A DNA stretch of 43,900 nucleotides, the filler included, from Jimgerdemannia flammicorona (lineage: Eukaryota): the NCBI GenBank assembly GCA_003990765.1. It is 2 parts of 2 records of this genome, joined end to end, with 100 filler letters (N's around TTAATTAATTAA, not from the genome) between each part and the next. Parts side by side here need not be neighbours in the genome. Positions count along the whole stretch, not along the records: positions 22,005 to 43,900 come from RBNJ01001371.1; 1 more part is not named here. One strand, given 5' to 3'. Shown one piece after another: positions 25,128 to 36,500 of this stretch; positions within the stretch are counted from its first letter, which is position 1, and every line of letters begins with the position of its first letter. Both the position numbers and the translations under genes were made by a program. Under the pieces are notes generated by a model. It worked only from the letters and a program-made list of their open reading frames with translations. It did not search any database and had not been told where the DNA came from.

Positions 25128-25449
25128 AGCTTTTGATGTCCTCATTGGGGCCTTCTAATTTGTTCTAGTATTGTTACACTGTTTGGGAGGTCAAAAGTCC
25201 AGTAAGGTCCATTTTCTCAGAAAGTGGTATGCTTGTAGTACAGTTGCCTAACGTGTTGGATTCACATGTTAAAGGGTCATGTGTTCATTGCCATGCACCA
25301 GAAGTGATTCTGACGTCATTCACTGCTGGAGAATTTCCTCTAAGGAATCTTCTTAAATGTCTATGCCTCGTTTCCCACCAGTGGTATGGGGAGAATAGGC
25401 TTGCTTTCAGTTTTGCTATTTTTCCAGAGGATTGGTATTCTTGTCTTAT

Positions 25450-28400
25450 TTTGCTGGGTTCATGATTTGGTTTGTGATAGTTATAATGTTCAGGAGGGTA
25501 ATATATAGCATGTATGGATAGGTGCAGAGTATTTGGTTATAGTTGTTCAAAGAATCATATTCCTGAACTAAGTCGGTAGCATTCTGGAGATTGGTTTTGG
25601 GTTCCCAGGTTGCATCGTGGATTGGGTAACCTTTCCATTTGATAAGGTACTCAGGATGGTTCTTGTTGCCATGTTTGTTGAGGATTTGTTCAACTTTGTA
25701 TTCTTCTTGGTCATTTATAATGACAGGTGCAGGTGGTTTGGTAGTCCGATTTGAAAATAGCTCATCATCATTATCATTGTATCACTTGAGACATTGAACA
25801 TTAAAGACTGGGTGAATCTTAATGGTGTCCAGTAGCGCCAGTTTGTAGGAGGTTGGAGAGACTTGTGCGATGACTTCAAATGGTCCAATGAACTTGCTGT
25901 TCAGCTTTGTAGATGGTCTGTGCTTGAGGTTGTCAACTTGGTATCCTCTGATGTCTAGTAGAACTTTTTCTCCAATATCAAAAGTTTCTTCTTGGTGGTG
26001 TTGGTTAACATACTGTGACTGTTGTTCTTGAGCTCGTGATAAATTCTCAATTGCGATCTGGCTTAGATTGTGCATTCGGAGTAGGAATTCTTCAACTGCT
26101 TCAACTGTGGAGGGTTCTTCAGTGGTTTGGATAAGTGTCAAAGGGGTGTTCGGGTTTTGTCCAGTATTAACGAAGAATGGGGTCATTCCAAGAGAGGCTT
26201 GCTTGCTGTTGTTGTAGGCAAACTCGACTGCGGTGAGATGTTCATACCAATCATCCTGTCTGTAGAAGACATAGTTCCTTAGCATTTGTTCCAGAGTTTG
26301 GTTCATTCATTCGGTTTGGCCATCGGTTTCAGAGTGAAAGGCTGTGGATAGTGCAAGTTTTGTTCCAAGGTGCGCATGGAGGGCTTTCCAAAAGTGGCTG
26401 GTGAATTTCGGATCTTGGTCACTAACAATGATCTTGGGAAGACCATGATAGCAGAAGATGTTGTCAAACAAGAGTATGGCTATGTCTGGTGCTGTTGAAG
26501 TAGTGGTAGTAGGCACAAAGTAGGCTTGTTTGCTGAGGTAGTCCACAAAGACAACAATTGCATCTTTCTCGTTCTTGGTTCAGGGTAGTTGTACAATGAA
26601 GTCCATAGAGATTTGTTCCCAATTTGCGGATGGTACTGGAATAGGATGAAGTAAGCTGGGTTTTGCTAGTGTTGAAGACTTGTTTCGTTGGCAGGCATCA
26701 CAGGAAGTGATGTAGGTCTTGAGCTGATCTGCCATGTGGGGCCAATAGAAGTTTTGGGAGATAACTTCGTAACATTTATCAAATCCTAAATGTCCAGCTA
26801 TAGGGGCATCATGACATTCGAATAGGATAGTCCTTTGGAGGTCTCGGTTGTTTGGAACATACAATCTGTCCTTGTAGTAGATAGCATTGTCCTTGAGTTG
26901 GTATTGATTGTACTGGGTATGCTTGTTGGTATCATCATTGTTCAGGATTTCTTGGAGTGCTTGAGCTTCTTTATCATCTACACATGCTGCGATGATTTGT
27001 TCCATGATAGTGTTGGTAACCAAGGTCAGAGTTTGGATAACCTCTTCGATTGGTGGTCTGGAGATTGCATCGGCAACAATATTTTCCTTGCTAGGGCGGT
27101 ACTGGATTTCATAGTCAAAGTTGGTGAGGACTTTCATCCATCTAGCTTGCTTTCGAGAAAGAGTAGCCTGTGTCTTGATGTTGACTAATGACTTGTGGTC
27201 AGTCAATACAGTGAAGTGTGCTCCTTCTAGATATGGTCACCATTTGATCAGAGTGTCTACAATGGCTAGCATTTCCTTTTTGTGAGTTGTGTAGTTGATT
27301 TCGGCATCATTGAACTTGCGGGAGTGATAGGCCACAGGGTGTCCTTCTTGCATGAGCACTGCTCCAAGAGCTAGGTCAGAGGCATCAGTAGTGACTTCAT
27401 ATGGTAGGGCAGAATTTGCTGCTTGAAGTACTGGTGTGGTTATCAGGGCATCTTTCAGTGCTTGAAAGGCGGTATCTTGTTCGGGTCTCCAATTTACAAG
27501 ATTGTTGAAGTCTTTCTCTTGTTTCATGGTCCAGGGTTGTTCTTGTTTCTTGCTGTGCTTGGTCATTTGGGTGAGGGCAGTAGCAATTTTAGCAAAGTTG
27601 GCAACAAATCACCTGTAATAATTTGCTAATCCCAGGAATGACTGGAGGTCTTTCAGCTTCTTCAGTCTGGGCCAATCTTTGATTGCAGAGATTTTGCTGG
27701 GGTCCACTTTGATTCCTTTTGGAGTGATAATGTGTCCAAGGAATTGAATTTCTTTCAGGAGAAATTCGCACTTGCTGAGTTTTGCAAAGAGTCTGTTTTC
27801 ATGGAGTTTCAGTAGTACTAGTTCAAGGTGTTCAAGATGTTCTTCCAGGGTTTTGCTGAAGACTAGGATGTCATCAATGTAGACAACAACGAATTTGTCC
27901 AGGTATGGATGCAGAATGGTATTCATCAGTGTCTGGAAGGTTGCTGGAGCATTAGTTAAGCCGAAAGGCATAACCAGGAACTCAAAGTGTCCATAGCGAG
28001 TTCGGAAGGCTGTCTTGTAGATGTCTTCTTCTTTGATGGCAATTTGCCAGTAACCATTTCGCAGGTCAAAAGAGCTCATGAATTGTGAGTTGGTGAGCCT
28101 ATCGAATATTTCATCAATCCTCGGTAGTGGGCAACAGTTCTTGATGGTCTGCTCATTGAGATCATGGTAGTCAATACACATTTGCAGGTCTCCTCCTTTC
28201 TTGACAACAAAGAGGACTGGTGCACCATAGGGTGATATGCTAGGTCTGATGAATCCTTGTTCTAGGAGTTCATCGATTTCCTTCTTAAGTACATCAATTT
28301 CTCTTGGAGATATGTGGTAGATTGACTTGAAGGCTGGTTTGGCATCTGGGATAGTCTTGATAGCATGGTCTACTGCTCGTTTGGGTGGTAGGCCTTTCAG

Positions 28401-31400
28401 GAGTTTCTTTGGGAATATGTCTCAGAATTTCTGGAGTAGTGGTCTGATATGGCTGTCAACTTTGGAAAAATCTTCTTCAGAGTTCTTGGGTTCTCCTTTG
28501 GATGGTCGGATGGAGATGGCGAAGAGAGGGCATTTCTTGGCCAATTTCTTGAGTTGTAGCTTGTTGATGTGGGTGATCTTTGGTTCAGGGTCACTAGAGT
28601 TGAGTGGGTCCTTTTCGCCTTGTAGTTTGAAGTTGTGGCGTCCTTTCTTGATGGTCAGAGAATGGTTTACCCAATCGATCATGGGGTTCTCTTGTTTCAA
28701 CCATGGAGTTCCAAGGATGATTTCATTGTCAGGAAGTGGTACGATTTGGAGGGTAACATGTACTCGGTAGTTGCCAATTCGGAAGGGTAGATTGCAGACT
28801 TCTTTGCTAATAACATGTGAGGTTCCATCAGCTGTAGCAACTGCTTGAGTTTGCTGTACTGGGGAGGTGAAGACCTTGAGTCTGTTTGCTGTCTCTTCAT
28901 TAATGAAGTTGCCTGAGGCACCACTGTCTATCATAATCTTGACAGGTGCTCTGTTGACAAAAGCTTTAAGGGTGAGCAATTTGTCTGATCCAATTGTGGT
29001 GATTTCGGTTGTAGGAGCTTTCCTTCTATTGGTTCTTCTTTGAGCCAGTTCATTGACACAAGAGAAGCAATCATCGATCATTTGGGAAGAGTACATTCCA
29101 ATGCTATGAGGGCATCGGTCACTTGGTACATATCCATCTTCGATCTTCTTGTAGAATTGTTCTTCTTTGCTCATAGTAGGTTGGGCTGGGGCCTTGTTTG
29201 ATGAGCCAAATCCTTTGGATCCTCGGATGGTGGGCAGTAGTTCAGGGACTTCCTTGACTGTCAGGGTTGACTCAATTTTTTCGAATAGGATCTGGGCGAT
29301 GCAGAAACCAATAGGGATCTTGAAGGGTGTCCAACTGTGGTTTCGAATAAGGAAAATAATTTCGCCTGTATAATCCTCGTCAATGACTCCTCCTTCTACT
29401 GAGAGTCCTTTCAATGCTAGGCTGCTGCGACAGCATATTCTTCCAACATGTCCTTCAGGGATTTGGATACTGATTCCTGTGTAGACTTGTTTGACTTCTC
29501 AGTTAGAAACTGTAGCTTCTTTGGCTGCATATAGGTCATATCCAGCTGCTTTTTGACTTCCTTTGGTTGGGGCCTTAGCAGTTTGTCTTAACTTGACAAA
29601 GTCTAGTGTTCTGGTGGTCAGGTTGTTGAGGTGGTGAAGAGTGGTAACAGTTGCTCATGTTGCTGTTCGGGGTTTTCAGTTGGAGCAGGCACTGGCCATA
29701 TGTCCTGTCTTTCGGCAGTAGAAGCATGCTCTGCTTCTTTGAAGTTCATTTCTTTCACCTTCAGTAAGTTTCTTGAAGGTACTTGGCTGGGTGGGTTCAT
29801 GATTTCTGGGTGTCCAAGAGGTGGATGTGGAGGGAGCTCGAGATGTTTTATGCTTGGGTTCTTCTTTCTTGGTCCAAGTCTTTTCCTTGTTGTTGAATTG
29901 TCTTCGGGGCAGAATTGGTCTGGCTGTTAGGATTCGCTTGACCATGGTCTTGATTCTTGCCAGGCACTATTGTTGGTGATCACAACCAACTGGGCAGCCT
30001 TGTTCTCGGATTTTTCTAGTAAGCCATTCAGGCAGTGCATCAAATAAATGGTCTGCTCTTGTACCATTTCGTGCTTCATCATTGGCAATACAACAGTGTT
30101 CAGGAGTGACTCGAGTTTTGTACAGAAGGTTTCGAATTCTTCTTTGCCATGTACATCAAATTTGAGGTTATGGAGTTTTACTCGAGATTCAGCAATCATG
30201 GTTTCGCTGCGATATTGAGCAATCATGAGTTGTTTGAGTCCAGGGGCTGTAGGATGGGCTCCATATCCTGGGGCATTGTTTGCTACATTCTGAGCAACTA
30301 CTGCAGGTCAGATATCCCATGTGAGGGGTTTTTCAGGAAGGGTTCGCCACCATTCTTTGGCAGGTCCTTGGAAGAATGTAACAACTCAGCAGACATAGGC
30401 TGTAGTTGTAGCAAAGAGTTGTTCCAGGGTGTGGTCTTGATTGTTTGTCAGAACATGGTCAGCAACTCGCTCATTAGTCCATTGATTGGCTTCGAAGTTG
30501 GTGTCAACTACACTAATGAAGCTTTGGACTTCTTGTGCAGTACCATTGAAGGTAGGTAGGCTCAGATTTTTGGTAGGTCAGATCTGTTCAGCTAAGGCAG
30601 TGATAGTTGCTGCCATTATAGCTACTTGGGCTGTGAGGTCCAGAATCTGTTGGTTCGCCATGTTGATTGCTGGAGGCGGTTGGACTGCTGGTAGTGGTGT
30701 TACTGGTACTACTTGAGGTACTGGTGCAGAGTGTGATGGGGTCCTTTGGGTCTGTGTAAGTTGCTGGAGTAGTAGTTGTGGATCTGGAGTGAGGGCTTGA
30801 TAGATAGCTATTTGTTGCTGTGTAGGTGTATTCTGTCCTGATGGACATGTGTCTCCTTCAGTAGTGTATCCGGGATCGAATTCGGTGAGATACTCCTCCT
30901 CTTCTTTAGTTTGGTCCCCGTGTAATTGGGTTTGCTCGGCGTCAAAGTAGACAGAATCAGTTGTATATCTGATTTCAGATGGACTTAATTCAAAGTCAAG
31001 TTCAGGTTCAGTATTGGTTTCAGATTCAGGTAGGGTTGTAGCAGGGCCTGCTTCAGATTCGGGGTCAGGTAGTTGATGAAGGGTTTCTCTTGCCTCTTCC
31101 TTAAGAATATGGCAGGCCTTGCTGTTCTGGAATCTGTAGTATAAGGCAGTCTTGGTCCTGGTATGGTGATAGTCGGTAGAGTTGAGCCACTTGGCTACAG
31201 AGGCTTGGGCTTCGTGAGGAACTAAGGCTAGGAAGACTGCTGCTGGTTGTCCTAGGTCGCTCGGATTTGTGGAGCTGACAAAACTCTTATTGAGAAGAGT
31301 AAAGAAGGCTTCAATAAGACCTTCTTCATCTTGACTTGCTGGGTGTAGTGCAAGGAGTTCGGTGAATAGGGTTTCACCTATTTGCTGATTTAACTGAAGT

Positions 31401-31516
31401 ATTTCTTTCTTGGAATGAAGTTTGTCCCACTTATTGCAGGTGTGGAGGTCAAATTGTCCTTGTACGTCAGGTTCAATTCTCTCCAGATTGTCAGATAGTT
31501 CAGAATAAATTCCAGT
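25450..31516 (-). pseudogene. gag-dUTPase-pol polyprotein of the chromovirus, inactivated mostly by CGA>TGA stops
   Basis: CFYCRKTGHMASAC knuckle (~29730), dUTPase (~29606-29199), protease IDSGA (~28930), RT YIDD (~27875), RNase H TDAS/KEMLAI, integrase HHCC, SMDFI, SDQD and TDGQTE, and chromodomain EYKVEQIL...YLIKWKGY...TWEP (~25710-25555). Everything from the knuckle onward is in one frame. One frameshift lies in gag near 29940. Confidence 0.93.
29199..29606 (-). other. dut: Trimeric dUTPase domain between Gag and protease
   Basis: All five motifs are present: AAGYDL, RSSLA, GVIDEDYTGEI, IAQI and RGSKGFGSS. One in-frame TGA at ~29500. Confidence 0.93.
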
Positions 31517-31608
31517 TCAGAGGTTGGGCTTTATACCAACTTGTAGGAATTCTTGGAAGGGTTTGTAGTGGGGTGAGGAAGCATCTTGAAGTGGAATTGG
31601 ATTGTAAA

Positions 31609-31620
31609 CCGCTGCTACCA
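31609..31620 (-). other. Primer binding site, initiator tRNA-Met type
   Basis: TGGTAGCAGCGG starts 3 nt inside the 5' LTR boundary. TGGTAGC is the pattern complementary to the 3' ends of fungal and animal tRNAi-Met. Confidence 0.8.
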
Positions 31621-32105
31621 AGTTGTAAGAGGGTTACTTTTTGGGGTAACCATTACGTAGTTCTGGAAGGGTTTTCTGGAAGTTCTGGATATTCTGGAAG
31701 ACCGTTTTCTTATGGTCAAGATCAATTTCGTATGGAGTACGTCCTCTACGCTTATTGATTTCAAGATTGAGTTGACGTCTCAACCAAAGTCCTTTTTTTG
31801 GACTAGTTCTGGATGTTCAGGATTTTCCGTATTTCAGGAAGTTCAAGAAACTAAGACCAGCTTAGTTGAATTGGCGTATCGCTGCAGACAATACCCAATT
31901 AGGAAATTTCGTGACAGGGTTAGGAGTAGGACCTAACAGGAAGCGGATTTACTTAAGAGTGGTTTGTGGGTTATGGAATAGGTTTATTTGTTATTCATGA
32001 TATTGCTATACTAGAAGTATTTGTGTGAAGGGGTATTGTGGGGAAGTGCTCAGGAGTTGTGTTCGGATTGTTCAAGTCTGAGATTCCGAGGTCTGGGGGA
32101 GGGGG

Positions 32106-32239
32106 TATTTATACTAGTGAGGGGCTATCTGGACTATGCTGAATATGGATGTAGCACTAAGTGCCTTACTGAGTCAGAATGCAGTCACATAGTACAAGTG
32201 TGATCTGATATGTCAAGAGATTGTCTAACTGCTGAGTCA
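32106..32239 (-). promoter_or_regulatory. Putative main LTR promoter: two TGASTCA (AP-1/Gcn4-type) sites + TATA
   Basis: TGAGTCA at 32233-32239 and 32170-32176 and TATAAATA at 32113-32106, all conserved in the other LTR. Confidence 0.6.
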
Positions 32240-32302
32240 GTTCACAGTCACGTCGTACAAGGCTAATCTATCTATACTATGACTGCTAGACTATTTATAG
32301 AT

Positions 32303-33400
32303 TTAGGTACTATCTGGGTAGTCTTCGATGACATCACCATTGATTGCATCATCTCTGATACAGTAGTCGTCTAGGAAGAGTGGTTTGCGGATTACTTCTC
32401 CTTGTTGGCTGAGGTAGTAATACATTGGGACTTCATCTCTATCCCACAGGATAGCATCGTCTGTCTCGTAGGCTGGATAAGATGTTGGTGGGCGAAGGAT
32501 GAGTGTATTGTCTTCACTTTCATCGAATTCGCTATCTGTATAACTTCTATAGGTTACAGCACTATGAGTCACGGGGTTGTAGTAAGCTGGCGGCTGTGGT
32601 TCATGTCGCTCGTACTCAGGTGGTAGAGTGGTTGGTTCAATCTTGAGGGTTGTCTGGAGGTACAGGTTGTGTTCTCCGGTCTCTTCATTGTAGTTGAAGT
32701 AGTCGGGGGTGAATGCGGGTTGGTATTCGTGCCAGTGGTCATTGTCCCAATAAGTCTCATATGCAGTTATGAACTGTTGCAAGTTCATCGGCAAGGTTGG
32801 CGGAGTGATCAGGGTTGGCAGAGATCCTTGGCTAGAGGTCATGTTGGTGTCAGAGGGGTCATTGTCTTCTGCTTCATCTTCGTCGAAGTTGATTATATCA
32901 TTGACATCCTTCATGGCATATCCGACTTGAGGCATTTGCAGGATATGGTCATCAGGGTACGGGAAGGTTCTGTCTGTGGTTTCGACATACTCGAGGTACT
33001 TGTGGTTGAGTTCTTGTATCATGTCATCGATTTGGCCATAGGACAGGGTAGCAACCATTTCGCTGGTAGTAACTCGGAAGCAGGGAATAAAGGTGTTGTA
33101 CTCATAGAAGAGTTCTCGATGTTTGCGAGCGATGAGCTTCTGGTGTTGAGACATCTGGGTAATGTCTGTATCATGGTGGTGTTTGACCATGTCTTCCAGG
33201 AGGCGGCCGATCTGGTAGTAGCTTGAGATTTGTCCGATTCGGTGGACCTTGCTAAGCATGTTCAGGGCGTTCCATCAGGCTTCCACGAAGTAGAGGGGTG
33301 CCAGGCTATGGATATTCATGAGGGACAGAGGGGGTGTGGCTCGGTTGACAATGGCATTCCAAATGTCAGCGCAGATGCGGTTGTAGATCTCAGTGGTCAT
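32303..33400 (-). pseudogene. LTR-encoded accessory ORF, 5' LTR copy (365 codons, one premature TGA at 33277-33275)
   Basis: ORF 32303..33259 extends in frame to Met 33400 across a TGA that is CGA (Arg) in the other LTR. Confidence 0.8.
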
Positions 33401-33469
33401 GTTTGTGTGTTTGGAAGTTGTGGTTGTTGTTTGTTTTGGTTCTCTGATTCAACGCATCTTGGTGCTCGG

Positions 33470-33575
33470 TATATATGCATTTGGTCCTGATTGGTAAGGT
33501 TCTGTTTGTGTAGATCTTGTGTTCCGTGACTTCATATTGACTCAGCTTTGTGCGCTGTGACTTCAGTTTGACTCA
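33470..33575 (-). promoter_or_regulatory. Putative second promoter driving the LTR ORF
   Basis: TGACTCA at 33569-33575 and 33538-33544, CCAAT at 33494-33490 and TATATA at 33475-33470, with the ATG at 33400. All are present in both LTRs. Confidence 0.45.
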
Positions 33576-36500
33576 GCTTCGTGATCAAGCAGGTGATTTC
33601 CAGATTTGTTCGGAGGGTGACGTGTAATTTTGGTGGCTTGGAGGTTGTGCGCTTACACTAATCCTCCCCTCCTAGTTCCGCCATTCGATAACCCCACCAG
33701 CCCCGAAGTACCTTCAGCTGCCTTCTAAAGTCCACCAGCCCCAGCCCTCCATCTGCCTTTGGTGTTACCATTATCTCCCAACTAATCTGTGATCTCCTTC
33801 TCTGTCATAGCCATCCTTCGACCACCTTCTTCAGTTTCTGTACCACCCACCCTAGAAAGTCCAGGTGATACCTCAAGTACCACAGCTTCGGCAACCAATA
33901 TACATTCAAGACTACAATCCTCCCAACCAAGGAGAATCCCCTCCCAGACCAGCCCACCAAGGCATTCTCCCACTTTTGTATCAATCCACACCACCACTCT
34001 TTTGGCAACACCATCTCATATACTGAGAGCCAGATATCCAAATATCAAACTGCCTCCCCAGAGCCAACTAAATGTCCAAAATGTCCATGCTCCCCCAAGC
34101 CTGCTCCAAGCTCCATGGTCTCGCACTTGCCCCAGTTCAATTTCACCCCTGCCAGCATCAAATACTGTCCTACCCCTTCCTGCAAGCTCACCACATCTTC
34201 CACACTGCCTAACTCTACCACCATATCATCTGCAAATGCCCCCAGCTTCCAGACCACCTCCCCCATCTTCAACCCAGTGAGCCTCCCCTTCAGCCATGCC
34301 AACAATGGCTCCAAGATAAAATATAAAGCAGGGGTGAGAGAGGATCCCCCTGTGGCACTCCTTGCTCTAAGGAAAACTCTGGGCCACTCCACCCATTCAT
34401 CAGCACTGCAGCCCAGCAACCTCGCACCAGACCCATCAGTTTTTGAGCCTCCCCCATGCCAAACCCGGCTTTCCATAGGACTGCCTCCAAGTAGTTCCAC
34501 CTCACCCTGTCATAAGCCTTTTCCTGGTCCAAAAACACCATTCTTCCATCTACTTGCTGGCTTCTACAACCTTCCAAAACATTTTGCACTCAGGCAGTGC
34601 TGTCTCGAATCTGTCTCCCCTTCACAAACCCTCGCTGTTCCTCACCAACCAATCTGCCAATCCATTGTTGCATTCTCCCTGCCAGAATCTTGGAGACCAA
34701 CTTCCTATCCACATTCAGTAACATGATGGGCCTCCAGTTCCGCCACACACATCTATCCCCTTTCTCCTTGTAGAGCAGAGAGACTAGTCCCAAGGAGCCA
34801 TTGCCTATCCAGCAGCCTTCCCCCAGTGTAAAGTTTGCCATTTCCACGAGCTATGCCCCAAACTTAGTTTGAAACTCCTTCCAGAACTCCCAGGGCAGTC
34901 CATCCTCCCCTGGTGACGAGCCCACCTGCACTTTCCTCAGAACCTCCAACACCTCTTCAAGGGTCACCCAACCCATTACAGTCCCACCAATGCAGGCTCT
35001 GCCACCACTGGCCAGCTGCCAACCAAATTGTTGTTATCCTCCAGCATCGCCTCTCCCTCTACTAGCCCTCCATCATCCTGCCATAGGGAGCACTATCGAC
35101 CAGAGATCTCCCCAAGCATATTGGCAATATCTGTCACCTCTGTTCCATCCTCTCGTAACACCGAAGCCCAGCTGTGCCGCACTCTCCTAGCCTTCAAGAT
35201 TCCAGATAAGTATTTGGTGGATCATTTCCCTTCTTCCAACCGCTTAGCTCACAATCTTGCCAGCAACCCATCCACCACCCTATCTTCTGCTGCCTTCAAA
35301 TCTGACTGCAACTCTGCTACCTCCTTGATCAATAGGGAGTGTCACTCCCCTGAGTTGTTCTCTCCTTCCAGAAGTTTTAGCCGCCAGTGTGGCCCCCACT
35401 CCACTCTTCTTTCTCTATCCTTCTGCTCCCTTCCAGCTACCTCTCCTACATCATACCAGTATGCACCTGCTAGATGTTTAAATTTCCCCCACCACTGTGC
35501 TATTGACTGGCCACTGTTCTTCCACCATGCTACTTCCTGTCTTGCAATTTTAACAAACTTTTCTCACTCCACCTGTCTCTAGAGTAGTGCCACATTAAGT
35601 CGCCATCTGCCTCTGCCACCACTGGTTGCCTGGAATCTCCCACACACCTACACACCCCAGTGATCCGACCAGGGACACCACCATACCTCTGATGAATCCA
35701 AAATATTACCCCAGCATTCTGCTACTAGGATCCAGTCAATCCTCGTCCTAACCAAATTCTCACCGATTGGATGCCACCTAGTAAATGGCCCTAACTTCTC
35801 ACCTTGACATTGTCATACTCCATCAACCAGTCCCATTTCCTTCTCAGCTTGAAGCCATCGCGAGTGCCCAGTGGATACTGCCACACCGACTCCACCATCT
35901 GACCTATCTAATGTCCTATCATGCACTATATTGAAGTCCCCTCCCAGAATGTCCAGCTCAATCTCATCTCGGCCTCCCCAATCCAGCCAACCTTCCACCC
36001 ATTTGTTTTGCTCCCTGCCAACTACTGGTATATACACAGAGCCAACCACCAATCCATCGCCAGCTCCTCCTTTCAATCTCCCCCAAACCAATCGATATCT
36101 CAACCTCCTTCAGCTCTCCTCTCTCCAAGCCAACCAAAATGGCCATCTGCTCATTCCACCCCATAATACCATACCATTCCTTGCCCCACTCCTCATAATC
36201 TTGCTCCCCATAGGCCCAAATGTCCTGCAGAAATATTGCATCATACTTCCTGTTCTTCAACCACCGAAACAAATGCCTTTGCTTCACTCCATCATGCAAA
36301 CCATTGACATTTAGTGATAATATATGTAGACTGTTCATCATCATGAATATAAATGTTAAAGCTCAGCTGGGGCCACCACCACCTTTTCGGCCCTACCACA
36401 GATTATCGCCTTCCATTCCTCACAGATAGCCCTCCAGATGTGGGCTCTATTCACACCACTACAGAAGGCATCCACTCACTCCGATACCATCTTCCTGATA

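Larger units (their letters stand above)
23080..33657 (-). mobile_element. Full-length Ty3/Gypsy chromovirus (10,578 bp) carrying a dUTPase and an LTR-encoded ORF
   Basis: Two 2034-bp LTRs with TGTAA...TTACA ends and a 5-bp TSD CTAAT (23075-23079 / 33658-33662). PBS, PPT and gag(CCHC)-dUTPase-PR-RT-RH-IN-chromodomain are all present. Confidence 0.97.
31624..33657 (-). repeat. 5' LTR (2034 bp)
   Basis: Direct repeat of 23080-25113, followed by the PBS. On the minus strand, TATAAATA lies at 32113-32106 and AATAAA at 31988-31983. Confidence 0.97.

Noticed and set aside
25128..25450. Possible extra ORF between the chromodomain and PPT
   Set aside because: All three minus-strand frames contain stops and none gives a recognisable peptide. 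It needs a family consensus.
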